Shown here piece after piece: positions 10,461 to 22,805 of a DNA stretch of 64,000 nt. A program made the position numbers and the translations under genes. Under the pieces are notes generated by a model. That model was given only the letters and a program-made list of their open reading frames with translations, was not told where the DNA came from and ran no database searches. The stretch spans positions 104,780,001-104,844,000 of the forward strand of contig OX597817.1 in NCBI GenBank assembly GCA_951406725.2, in the 5' to 3' direction. Position 1 is the first letter of the stretch, and every line of letters begins with the position of its first letter. Source of the DNA: Octopus vulgaris. Lineage: Eukaryota.

Positions 10461-12625
10461 AATCTCATGTACCATATATATTTTAATTTATCATGAATGT
10501 TTGAATGTATGTGAATACAAACAATATTGCTTTTGAATGGATGTAACTATATTGACTTTTATCTTTGAATGTAAACTAATACACACACACACATAATGTG
10601 TGTGTATATTTATGTATGTATATATAAATTATTACAGTTTGAACGGCAATGTTACTTTTGAATGTAGATAAATTAGAAAGAGAGAAAGGCAGTACCTACT
10701 AGCATATTCATGACTTATGCCAGAGTGGAAGGTAGGTAGGAGATCTACCTGAATGCTTACAACAGAGTGACACTCAAGCGCCAAGGGGTTGTGTTGATGG
10801 GTTTCCATACATTTTCTGTCTGCTAAATTTCACTCACAATGAAAGCTATGACTGAAGACACTTGCCCAAGGATTGAACCCAAAACTGCAGTTATGAAGTG
10901 AACTTCTTAACCTCACAGCTATGTATGGATTTGTTGCCTTTGAATCTTTATGTATAGGTAGTATTGCCTTCAATTATTTATATGTGTAGGTGTGTTACCT
11001 TTAAATGTTTATAATTAGAGGTAATTTCTATGAAAATAAATCAGTATCTTCTGAACAATATTTATATTAATGTGTGCCTGACTAAAATAAAGCAATATTG
11101 TATTTTAATATGAGAAACATGTTTCTACTTTTACTTTAGATATTCAGATAAATAAATGAAATAAAATTATGCTTTATAAAGTTTATGTATCTCATAAACA
11201 TTAAATTGTAAAGAACTGAACATTTTGAGTCCAATGGTTGTTTTTCATTTAAAAAACTCAATTATCTCCTCATTATTTTAAAAATTAACTGAAATGAAGG
11301 TAGTATAATTCAACAGAACCATGTAACAAAGGGTTAAATTGTTTTAAGTTCTTATATTTTTACTTTTAACTGTAAATTTTGTTTAATTCATACTCTAGAT
11401 TTTTCATTTTTAATGTCTAAATCCCTAAAAACACACACTGTTGCATTCCTTGGATTGTCTTTTGTACACTATTTTCATTATTTTTTCATCCCATGTTTCC
11501 ATCCATCACAAATTGAAAAAAAAATAAATCTGCTAATGTCTCAGAAAGTATTGCTTGAGTATCTACTCTGGTATCTCAGAAACTACTGCTTTTCCAGTGT
11601 CCACTCTAGTTTCTCTGAAACTGCAGTTTCTTGAGTGTGATGTGTTTCAGTCAGTATAGGTAACTTGGGAAATGTGATGGACAGCTTCAAGTAGTCATAG
11701 GCCAACCACACTGCTTCCTTCAGGTATATTGGCAAGAGAAAAATCATATCTTTGTCTAATTACATGGTGCTCCTAGTATGAAGACTGTCATAAAACAAAA
11801 ACCTTCAAGACCAACAGAAAGAGAATGTATATGTAAGAATACTAGCTCACTCAACTAGCTTTGATATGTCAAAACATTATTGTACTATGCTGAAGTTACC
11901 TTTACCAACTCAAATGGATCAGTAAATTAACGTTACAGAGGAATGAGAGAAGGCAATTTTAAGTATTGATAGTTATGCTAACCACACTGCTTCTTGCAGA
12001 CATGTGAACAAGAGAAAAACCACAGCTTTGTTGAATTATATATGGTAGCTGAAAGGGAATGATATTGATAGTTTTTTTTTTTAAATGGAAAATACTGGTG
12101 CAGATCATATATAAACAACACAAGCCAAAGAAAAGCATTATATATACACTGTAAAGGAAAGCATTGTACTGAATAGCATGAAAAGCTCACCAAAATGTTT
12201 ATATACAAAATCAGAGTTTTTCAGTGGGTGTTGCTACTTTGAAACATTTCTGCTGAAAGTGTGGAAGGCCACTGTAAACAGGTACAGGTAGTGACAACAA
12301 TCTCATAATCTCAATTTCATTCCACATTTAATGTAGCCAAGCTTTTACTAACTCTTAAGTTACAGAATTCACTGGCTTGTATAGAAGCTCTCTTAATACC
12401 CAGGATATAGCTGACTCAAATCTTTATGAGCCTATCTTTTAGTCATCCATGTTCCATTTAGCAATGTAATTTTTGAGTGTTACATTTTTTTTTATTGGTG
12501 AATAGATTAGCTCTGAAATCATTTTCTCAGTTGGTCTAAGTCAAAGTAACTCCTAACTTGAAAGTAAATTTTTCCCTCTACACTATGTTGTTCATGAAGC
12601 AAACATTTCTAAAATGTTCACTTAA

Positions 12626-13007
12626 CCCTCTTGGGACACCCAGGCTAATTGATTCACCCAAGTGTTACAAGCTGAAAGGATTTTGCAACTGATCCATTGG
12701 CCCAATGAAACGAATGTTGCAAATGGTTGGTTTTGAAGTGTAATAGCCAATCAGAGATCATCTTTCAATACATTTTTTTTTTTTCACAGAAACATTTATG
12801 CTTATTATTTTATTTACATGTATTGTGTTGTTTTAGGTTTTCCTATTGTGATAGATGTATTGTACTGTTTATAAGCTTTCATAATCTGTATAGTTTTACA
12901 TACTATCAAAGTAGTTTTATGCATTACCCATAAATTTCAATTTCAACAGAAAAAAAATTTCGGTCTTTTTGGCTACACATACCAAAACACCATGTGTCTC
13001 AAAAGGG
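12626..13007. mobile_element. piggyBac-type MITE
   Basis: TTAA|CCCTCTTGGGACAC ... GTGTCTCAAAAGGG|TTAA: 12/14 inverted match with TTAA duplication. Confidence 0.75.
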
Positions 13008-13616
13008 TTAAAGAGCTAGTGTGTATTTTGGTCTGATGATCATTGGTTTCTCACAAATATCTCCCTCAGAGATATCTCAGAAGTCATATATAACATTCAT
13101 GAATTTCATTTCATGAGTACTCCCCTACCTAAATATTACTGCAAAGCAGTAATACTTAGGTATTGTAACACAGTTTGTCCTCTTCCCTAAATATTTAAAT
13201 CAAACAGAAGCTGATTTTGCTCATTAGTTTATTATTTATATGTCCATATATTTCCCTGTCTGTCATGTACATTTTTCTAGGTTCGTGTTGTACTACCAGT
13301 TATGTTTCTATCCACTGACAACACAAGGTCCTACACATATTCTAATCCTGACAAAAGATTTTTGGTATTGTAAGTGGTTTAAATATTTTATGAGAAAAAA
13401 ATCATGACCGTTGTAAATCCCAGTATCCCCTTGACATTTTCCACTCCTTTGTGAGGTTTCAGCCACTCTCAGATTAATCACTGCTATAAATTTACTGTTT
13501 TGGTTCTCCCTAAATCTTTTAGAAAACCCACTGTAATTTTTGAGTACACATTTTTGACTACAGCCTTTTGAACTCTATACTATTATCCTAGGTTTGTAAT
13601 TTTTGTCTGCAGCTCA

Positions 13617-14221
13617 TCGTTGTCATCAACATTTAATGTCTGTTGGACCACTTGACAGGAACTGGCAAGGCCAGGGGCTGCACCAGGTTCCATAATCTGT
13701 TTTGGCTTGGTTTCCATGGCTGTATGTCCTTCCTAATGCCCAACACTTTACAGAGTATATTGGATGCTTTTTATATAGCACCAACACCCACACCAATGCT
13801 TTTTATGTGGCACCTTGATTTTAGGATCTCGATTCTATTGTGGTGGATGGGTCTTCTTGAGTATAGCAATTCACCACATCTCTCAGTCCTCTGCCATCTC
13901 TTTCATGAGGCTCAGTGTTTTGAGATCAGCCTTCAATACTTCATCTCATGTCTTCCTGGATCTTCCTCTTCTACAACTTCTCTCCACTTTAAGTGATCAG
14001 GACTTCTTTACACAACTGTCCTCATCCACCCACATCACATAACCAGACCAACATAGTCTCCTTGCACACTACTTATAATTCCTCCTATGTCCAACTTCTC
14101 TCTATACAACTGTACTCTGTCACACAATCACACTGACATCACACATCCAGCAGAGCATACAAGCTCCTCGTCTCCAGCCTTAGCATGCCCTCCACATTCA
14201 GGGCCCATGTTTCCCTACCAT
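13617..14221 (-). mobile_element. RTE-type LINE 3' fragment
   Basis: Homologous to the 3' half of the 37371-38525 element, with a (GAT)n-like tail. Confidence 0.7.
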
Positions 14222-15383
14222 CAAATGGTAGGGAAATGAAGTTAACATCTGAGGTACTTAGAGCCTATTATGTATGGAGTGTTTGGCCATATGATGAATT
14301 TTTACAAATGTAAATTATAATTATTTGTTCAGAAATTAAAAACTTGTTTCACAGCTTTCACATTAGAAAAATGAAAATGCATTCATACTGAACTAATGGA
14401 GGATCTGCATAGTTTCCTGATCTGCTAAAAATAACAGTCAAATCACCTACTTTGAGACTTCATCTTAAAAAAAGAATGGGACATATTGTATATAGTTGTC
14501 TGAGGTGCATTGCGTTTCAAAACTGTTGGGATGATTATGGTTAGATTGCCTTTGACTGTACATCTCAATAAAGATCAATTTAATTTCTAACCAATGAATG
14601 CCTAAACTGAATTGTATCCAAGCTGGCCCTATTCTACACTAATTTTATTATGACACTCTCAACTGCTTTCAGAATTTAATCTTTCAAAGTAATGAATGAG
14701 AAGATGCTGTGATAACACATCTCTGACAAATCTGTGTCCTTATATTAGTTGATGATGATACTGTTATGTCAGTTACTGGAGGTAAATCATAATTTAAATT
14801 ACTAATTTTGATTTTAAAAAAAGATTAGTGAGACAAACCTGGAATTTTAATTATAGGATACTAGAAGTGAGTGTTATTTTTATCAGTAGGTAACAACTTT
14901 GAATATATGTTTTAATCTTATTAGACCTCCTCAGTGAAGTATTGGTCTAACTGTAACTACAAGGTTTTAGAATGACTAGAGAGATAGATTTTTTATTAGT
15001 GAACTCACCAAGTAAATGGATAACTTAGAAAAGTGACCAGAAAAATACCCTAGGCCTCTTGCTGCATGGAAATTTGGTAATTGCCATCATACTGCTAAAG
15101 ATCAGACACACTCTTCATTACATTCAATATTTAATTTTGATTAATTAAAATTTTGGGGTTGTCTCCCCAGCTATTTTTAAACAGTGTTTAAATAATTCTA
15201 ATTTTGGCACAAGGCCAGACATTTTGATGGGAAGGATAAATCAACCCCAGAAGGATTAAAGGTAAAGTCAGCTTTGACAGGATTTGAACTCAGATAATAA
15301 AGAGCTGCAAAAAAAGCAGCTAAACATTTTGTCTAGCACTTTAATGATTCTTCCAGCTTGATACCTTTAACTATAGTTTAGAT

Positions 15384-15727
15384 CAGCATTTCTCAACCAG
15401 GGTTTCCCAGAACCCTAGGGTTCCACAAAAGGTTACTAGGGATTCTCCGAGAAGGAATGAGATAAGCTAATGCTAATTTCATGACTAATATTACTATATA
15501 TGCACAACATATTATTGGTTAGTGTAATATAAACATCATCCTGTCTAACCTATTATGTTATCAAAAAATATAACAACCATATATAGATATATATGATATT
15601 TACCAAGTGAACTATGATGAAAAAAATAGGAGAAAGGTATATTATATAATTTTTTTTGTGCAGATGTTCCTTGAGACATGTAATTTATTTTAAGGATAAT
15701 CAAGGGTAAAATGGTTGAGAAACACTG
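15384..15727. mobile_element. hAT (Charlie-like) MITE
   Basis: TIRs CAGCATTTCTCAACC / GGTTGAGAAACACTG, flanked by a perfect 8-bp duplication GTTTAGAT (15376-15383 and 15728-15735). Confidence 0.9.
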
Positions 15728-16199
15728 GTTTAGATGATGACTTTTTATCACTAAGAATACAATTTTGATTAAAATTTCTTGCTTTACTACATCAACTGTG
15801 CTTGCACCCACTTTACTGTAACAATGGCTGCATTGTAAGACAATAGGGTAACACCATTAGTAGGGGAGTTTAGAAAGGTTCAGAAATTTATTTTTTTAAA
15901 ATCTCAAATCTCAAAAAAATTTCAAAAATCACTTAAATTGCAGCATTTTACTGTAATACAATTTACAACAAGTTACTGTAATACAATAGGATTCAATGGC
16001 CAATTTTACAAAACAACTACCTATCTTGACTTGTATTGAAGATTATACAGAATGGAAGAAAGGCTTGGGAATATGGTTGATATATATATAAAGATTTACC
16101 AAGTACAAAGCATAGAACTGCTGTGTTCTTATTACTGTTTGATATACATAAATGTTTATGTAATCTAACAACTGCTGATTTTGGTAAAGACACTGAATT

Positions 16200-19050
16200 C
16201 AGACTAACTCATTACTGATAGGCTTCATAAGCTTTATCTTCATAATGACAAGACAAAGGCACACATGGCATTTAAAGAATTTTATTCTTTCAAAAGATCA
16301 TCAGACAAAAGTTGGAATAATTTCTGCAGCTGGTATAAATTTTTTTTTTATCAAAAACCTATTACAATTTAGAATTGCTTTATCTGAAGATGTTCAAGAA
16401 TTCTTTCTTCTTAACACTGTTAACATATTAGAAGAAAATGAAAAGCTGGCAATTATATGAGGAGTACTCCACTTACATTTTGGGAATTAAAAAATTCTAA
16501 AAAATAACTTGATTTTCTTCTATCACTGAGTTTGCTTCTTAGGGTAATTATCTTTCCAGAAAATTTATTCATTATTTTATTGTTTAATTATGACCTCATG
16601 TATTGTTGTTAGAATAGCTCTTGAAGACATCCATTGTTCATTTTTATGGTGTGTTGCTAGATTGGCACAAGCAAATTGAACCAAATCTTTGGAATTCAGT
16701 GTTAGGAAGTAGGGAATCCCAATGGTGTCTGGGAAAGGTATGTCAATATTAACATTTATGGAATCCTTCCTTCACCCAGTTTCAGCAACCAAATGACATA
16801 GTGGTTTAGTTGATGCAGCAAAATTGTTGTTCAAAAAATTGAGAACTCTCATATTTGTCTGGATATGTAAAATTTTGCATTGACTCCAAATGGAAGACTT
16901 TTCCATGCATGTTTCAGTTAGCAAAAATCATTGAACTTTATGGACTACTGGGAGAATTCATTGAAAATTTCCTCTGAGGATTATTAATTTCCCTCTTAGA
17001 ATTTTCTCTTTGTTCATTACATCTTGGAGTACACAATTCAAAGCTTTGAGATGTTGATACATATTGAGAATTCATCCATCACTAACAGCTGAGCATCATG
17101 GAGATGGTGACAAGTTGCATCATGGACAATATACGATCAGCTGATATAAAATTTAACAGAATGGGAAACTTGATAGAATATTTCTTGCTTCTGGATCTTC
17201 AGTGTTTTTATTAAAATAAACTGTGGGTTTAGTCAGTTGAATGTGTGGAAGGGAATTTGCTACTTTGTTTGGGCAAAAATTTCTTGATTAGGTATGTGGA
17301 TCAGAGGAGATTCTAAAGAAAGATTTTTTTTTTTCACAATATGGAATTTGAAAAGTTTCCAACAACATTCAGATGGTCCAATGTATCTGCAATTTTTGCA
17401 TTTAATGATCTCATCTTGCTGATTTGCATTACTGTTATCAAGAAGAAATTATTCTTCTCTTTCTAGTTAGGTCTTAGAATGATTTGCTCTTTTGAATATG
17501 TATTTATACAGATATATAACAGCTTTGACTGATGTGCTCCTTTCGACAATGACATAGATTTGTATCTTTGAGGTAATCAAGCATTATGGAGAACTACATG
17601 TTGGTTATTTACCTCAATGTTCCTAATTTCAACTTACACAGTAGGATTTTGCTGATGATACATACAGTGGATGGTGGTTGTTACCATTCATGAATAGAAC
17701 TCATGGAGTATAACTCTTACTGCAGTATCCATTTAGCAAAGTTACATTCTGTTCTCCACATGATGCGTGTGTCATGAATTTCTTTACCAAACTATAAAGA
17801 CCAGCTATATATGCATTATTTGGATTAGGAGTTTCAACAGAGACAAGTTTGTGAATATCTTGCTATGTGTTGTGGTTGTTTTCTGTTATAAAAAAAATAA
17901 GCCATTTTTCTTGAATTTAATTGTACTCACCATGGGCATTTGTTTTTCCCAAAATACCAGATTTTAAATCTGGTAGAAATTGCAGCACATCAGTTTGAAA
18001 ACTTGTGCAGTTAGATCTGCATTAAGTTCTCTTGGATTGTGGGTATATGTCACAAATAATATTGGCTTGCCAAATTTCCTTTTGACATCCATCGTATCTT
18101 AGTAGTGCTTTGCCGTATATCTTGGACTGCCTGTAAGTGTGTTTGGGAGAATGTATCATCTTCCAATATTATTAGCATAGCCTGCAATGATTGCATCTGA
18201 GAGACTATTGTACAAGTCCACTTGTAGGATCTGTTGATTGTTTTGAATATACTGCAAGCAAGTAGGCTGGACTTTGGAATATTGATCTGTTAGAATAGAA
18301 GGTGTCTGTGATTCAGCTTTCTTCATTATCCAAAAGCATAAAATTGAAAAACATCTCGCATTTCTGTTGCCTCTATGGTTTAGTATACCAAGATGCTATC
18401 TATCTGAGCCACCAGGAGAAAAACATGGATCCATCATGAGCTAAAAGAGAATCACTAAATGTTTGAAGACTTAGCTGGTTGTTCTCTACTTGAAAGTTGC
18501 TTACCAACGTGCTTCCAGCTTGATGAATTTTCTCATCGTTATCAGGTATCAATACAGCAGTCTCATTGTATGTAGGTAAGTTACACCTAGTGGAATACTT
18601 ACCATCTGGGTCAGTAAGTAATCCAGAAAAAACATTTTGTGGTATTATGCCAGCATCAATTTTATTTGAACAGACAGGAATAGTTGTAAATAAATGTTGT
18701 TAGCAGAAACTATTGAAGAATGAAGCTTACAGAAAATAACAGCATCAAGATTTTTTCTTCTACCTGTAACTACTCTCTGCATACACTTTGAATCTCTTTT
18801 TCAAAAAAGCAAGCTTGCACTCATGACAGTATTTTGAGGTGTTGCAAAAAATTTATAAACAACTGCATAAATTCTATGAATCTAAAGGTCCAAGCAGTGC
18901 AGTATCATTTGTTTTTATAGCCATAGCACCATTGCATTTCCAACATGCTTCATGAAAAGATTTTGCTTCTGGTGAATCAAGTATGAAGAATTGAGGTAAC
19001 AGATTAAAATTTTCTAAGGATATTAAATTTGATAAACTAAATATTGATTA
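16200..19050 (-). pseudogene. Decayed Helitron Rep/helicase coding region
   Basis: - strand remnants in the expected order: RCNLPTYNETAVLI (~18590); ILPNTLTGSPRY..KFGKPILFVTYTHNP (~18160-18035); NNQHVVLHNA..SVKAVIYLYKYIFK (~17610-17490); weak Pif1 C-terminal similarity at ~16340. Many stops and frameshifts. Confidence 0.8.
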
Positions 19051-19877
19051 TTAGCACATTATTCTGAAATTTTTAATATTTTTAACTATAAATATTAATT
19101 GCATAATGAAACAATTCTCTTGGTAACATACATATGACAAAAATTAATTTGCCCGTCATTTTATTTCACTATTCTTATAAATATATACATATTTATAGTA
19201 AAATATACTTACTACTTTATAGAGTTGCAGTTCTTAAAAAATTATTTTATAATAAAATATATTTTTGATATCTTGCATTCCTTATAAAATAAAATTTTAA
19301 AAATTGAAAACTACCTCTTAAACAAAGTTATGCAAGAATTAAAATTTGCTTGTAAAGAGTTATGCAAGAATTACAATTTGGTTGATATATCATATTTTAA
19401 CCCTTTAAACTGCCCCAAATATTTTACCTACTTTATGTTCAAATGAGCCATATCCGACTTCTTATACCTTTCCTACAATGTCACCCTGAAAATAAACAAT
19501 CGCATCATTGAGGTAATGCAAGATTAGTTCAAAACAATGTGAATGAATAATAATTACATTTGACAAAGTAATCTGAATGCCAAAGAGTTAAAGACAAGTT
19601 ATGTTAAGAACTACAATATTAAATGTAAGGATCATAAAACAGTTGAGATATTCTTATCTTTCAAAACAAGTGAGACTTATAATTACAAATTAATATATAG
19701 CACTAAATTGTAGGTGAAAGCTAGACAGCATGTGAATCCACTATTCTTATTCTTATTTTTCCAGAATTTTCTAATTTGTCTTATCAATGTAATGTTTTCT
19801 CTCCTATGTTCAATTTTAATATAAATAGAGGTTATAGCAAATTTGTAATAAAATCATAGTCTTTTTTTAAAATTTAA

Positions 19878-20929
19878 TCAGTATATATATATAAGGCAAG
19901 ATGTGTGTGTGTGTGTACGTGATTGTAGTTTATGCACATCCACAAATTAGCATGCATGTCGCTCAAATTTTAGGAGGACATTCGTCAACATCCTATCTGG
20001 GTTTTGTCAACTTATTTTTTTCCCAAGGCACCCACGGATAGCGGTAAAATTCTATTTTCAGCCATAAATTTTAGCCATAAAAAATATCAGCCATAGCTTT
20101 TTGACGGCGTCTGACAAAAAAAAAAGATAAAGAAAATTGGAAGAGAGGCAGAGAGTTTCACGGGAAAGAAAAAGTGAGAGAGGGAGAGAGAGAGAGAGAG
20201 TAAGGGACGATGTTCATAAAAATCTATTTTCAGCCATAGCTTTTTGAAACAGTGTCTAACAAAAAAAACAAAGATAAAGAAAAGTGGAAGAGAGTTTCAC
20301 GGCGTCTAAACAAGAAAAAAGGGAAAGACAAAGTGAGAGAGAGAGAGTAAGTGACGATGTTCAATGTAAAATGGTTTGTTTTTTCTTAAACACGAGATAT
20401 AGTGTTCAAATTCAGGATGTTTTTGAAAGACACACTATATAATCATAGTATATATACTTTCTCACACAACAATTACAATATATTTATTTTAAATCGTTCA
20501 TCTCTCTCCCCCCTCTCTCTCACACACATTACTTTAGGTGTGAAAGAGTTTTGTTTTTATTTTATGCCGAGCAAAAAAGTGTTTTGTTGAGAATCCATGT
20601 ATTTAACAACAAAGAAACAAAGAGGTGAGTAAACAATTTGTCAGTGAAATTACACAATAGAAATGGGTATAATTTCCGAGGCTTCCACCACACCCCACTC
20701 CGTTTCACGGACCACAAAAAGGGTTTTGTAGCATATTAGGATGCCAGAGTAGTTGATTCCACACAAAAAAAAAACGATTTTTTTTCTTAGTGAAAATAGT
20801 GTGAGTATTAATCTACAAATTTAACAACATTTTTTCCATTCATTTCTGTTTATGAACATGTATGCATGCACAAAACATGCAATAAGTGTATGTACGTATG
20901 TGTGTTCATGTCTGTTGCCCATATATATT

Positions 20930-20968
<39 letters not shown>

Positions 20969-21093
20969 GACCAATTTCAACGGATTTTGCCCAAATTTGA
21001 TGTCGATATTACATAGTTTGGTTTGAAATAAAGAACTTGATTAGCTTAATAATTGTAACTTAATCCCGGGCAAGGCCAGGTTATACTGCTAGT
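19878..21093 (+). mobile_element. Complete non-autonomous Helitron
   Basis: A|TC...TATATAAGGCAAG 5' end. 3' hairpin CCCGGGCAAGGCCAGG followed by CTAG|T. Internal tandem duplication at ~20045-20365. Confidence 0.85.
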
Positions 21094-21169
21094 TATTTAT
21101 ATATTTCTTTTTAACATTTTAAACTTTTTCCTTGAATTCCATTTTACTAATGTGTTCTGTTATTTATGT

Positions 21170-21465
21170 TGTTTGTTCCTTCTCGAGCCACGCCTGACTC
21201 ATAAGGGCTGGTTTCCTTGGCGTATAGGTTCCCCCACCAGGACGGGATGCCAGTACATCACAGGTGAGCTGCAAGATGCAGGAGGAAAGAGTGAGAGAAA
21301 GCTGGGGCGAAAGAGTGAGCAGAAGTTCACCATTACCTTCTGCCGGAGCCGCATGGAGCTTAGATGTTTCGCTCATAAACACATACATCACCCCGTCTGA
21401 GATTCAAACCTGTGATCCCTCAACTGCGAGTCCACTGCTCTAACCACTAGGCCATGTGCCTCCAC
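21170..21465 (-). mobile_element. tRNA-derived SINE, third family
   Basis: Reverse complement head GGAGGCACATGGCCTAGTGGTTAGAGCAGTGGACTCGCAG...GGTTTGAATCTC, with an (AAC/AAAC)n tail. Confidence 0.75.
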
Positions 21466-21580
21466 GTTATTTTATGTTACTCTCCTGTTATTCAAATTTT
21501 TCTTTATTTTTCTTTTTTAAAAAAGCATGTTCTGGGAGACAGCTGTAGGCTAAAAAATTTGCCTTTTGAACTTGTACTTA

Positions 21581-21962
21581 GGTGTAGGCATGGCTGTGTG
21601 ATAAGAAGCTTGCTACCTAACCACATGGTTCCAGGTTTAGTTTCACTGCATGCCACCTTAGGCAAGTGTCTTCAACTATAGCCTCAGGCCAGCAAAAGTC
21701 TTGTGAATGGATTTGGTAGATGGAAACTGAAAGAAGCCCGTTGTGTATGTGCATGTGTGTGTGCGTGTGTGTGTGTGTGTGTCTTTGTGTCAGTGTTTGT
21801 CCCCTACCACCACTTGACAACTGGTGTTTACGTCCCACTAACTTAGTGGTTCGGCAAAGAAACTGATAGAATAAGTACTAGGCTTAAAGAAAAAGAGAAA
21901 AAAAATTCAAGGTGGTGCCACAGTATGGCTATAGTCTAATGACTGAAACAAGTAAAAGATAA
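21581..21962 (+). mobile_element. tRNA-derived SINE, full length
   Basis: GGTGTAGGCATGGCTGTGTG head, internal (TG)n, ACTGAAACAAGTAAAAGA tail. Confidence 0.85.
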
Positions 21963-22397
21963 ATCAGTCAAGTAAAAATCTGTCTAAAAGTATAACATTT
22001 CAGATAAAAAGAGAAGAAAGGCCATAGGATATTTCATTGTAGGTTATGTGTAAAATCTTAATGACAACCAATTTAGGAAATTAAATGGTTAAGTTAAAGG
22101 TGTGGAACCTGTAATTGTTGAGGACTTTAAGCATGGCCTTCTGGAAGAAGTACTGATTTTGCACAAAACGACAGCATTGTTAATTATTTAATATCATTTA
22201 TAATTTCTTAACTTCTCAAAAATGTCATTAAAATGTTAGTAAACATTATAATTTTTTAAACTTTAATATTTAAATTTTTAACAATAAATGTAATTACGTT
22301 TTTCAATTTTTCATAATATTTAATAAGATTTTCTTTAATGAAGCCTTACACTTAATTTGTGGCCCAATGTGAGAGTCTCTACACCAGTGGTTATCTT

Positions 22398-22805
22398 CTA
22401 GCTTTTACTTGTTTCATGACTGTGGCCATGGTGGGGCACCTCTTTGAAAAATTTTTAGCCAAATGAATCGCCCCGAGTACTTTTGTTTTTTTAAGTCTGG
22501 TTCTTTTAAGTCTTTTGCTGAACCACTACATTATAGGGATGTAAACACACCAACACTGGTTGTCAAGTGGTGATGGGGGATAGACACAAAGACACACACA
22601 AACCCCGTCATATTTACATACATACATACATACATACATGCATATATATATGACCGGTTTCTTCCAGTTTCTGTGAACCAAATCCACTTACAAAACTTTG
22701 ATCGGCCTGAGGCTATAGTAGAAAATACTTACTCAAGATGCCACACAGTGGGACTGAGCCCAGAACTATGTAATCAGGAAGCAAGCTTCTTACCACACAG
22801 TCACT
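22398..22805 (-). mobile_element. tRNA-derived SINE, tail-to-tail with 21581-21962
   Basis: Reverse complement of the dominant family. Confidence 0.85.

Noticed and set aside
21395-21465. tRNA gene
   Set aside because: tRNA-like SINE head without a complete cloverleaf, continuing into a SINE body.
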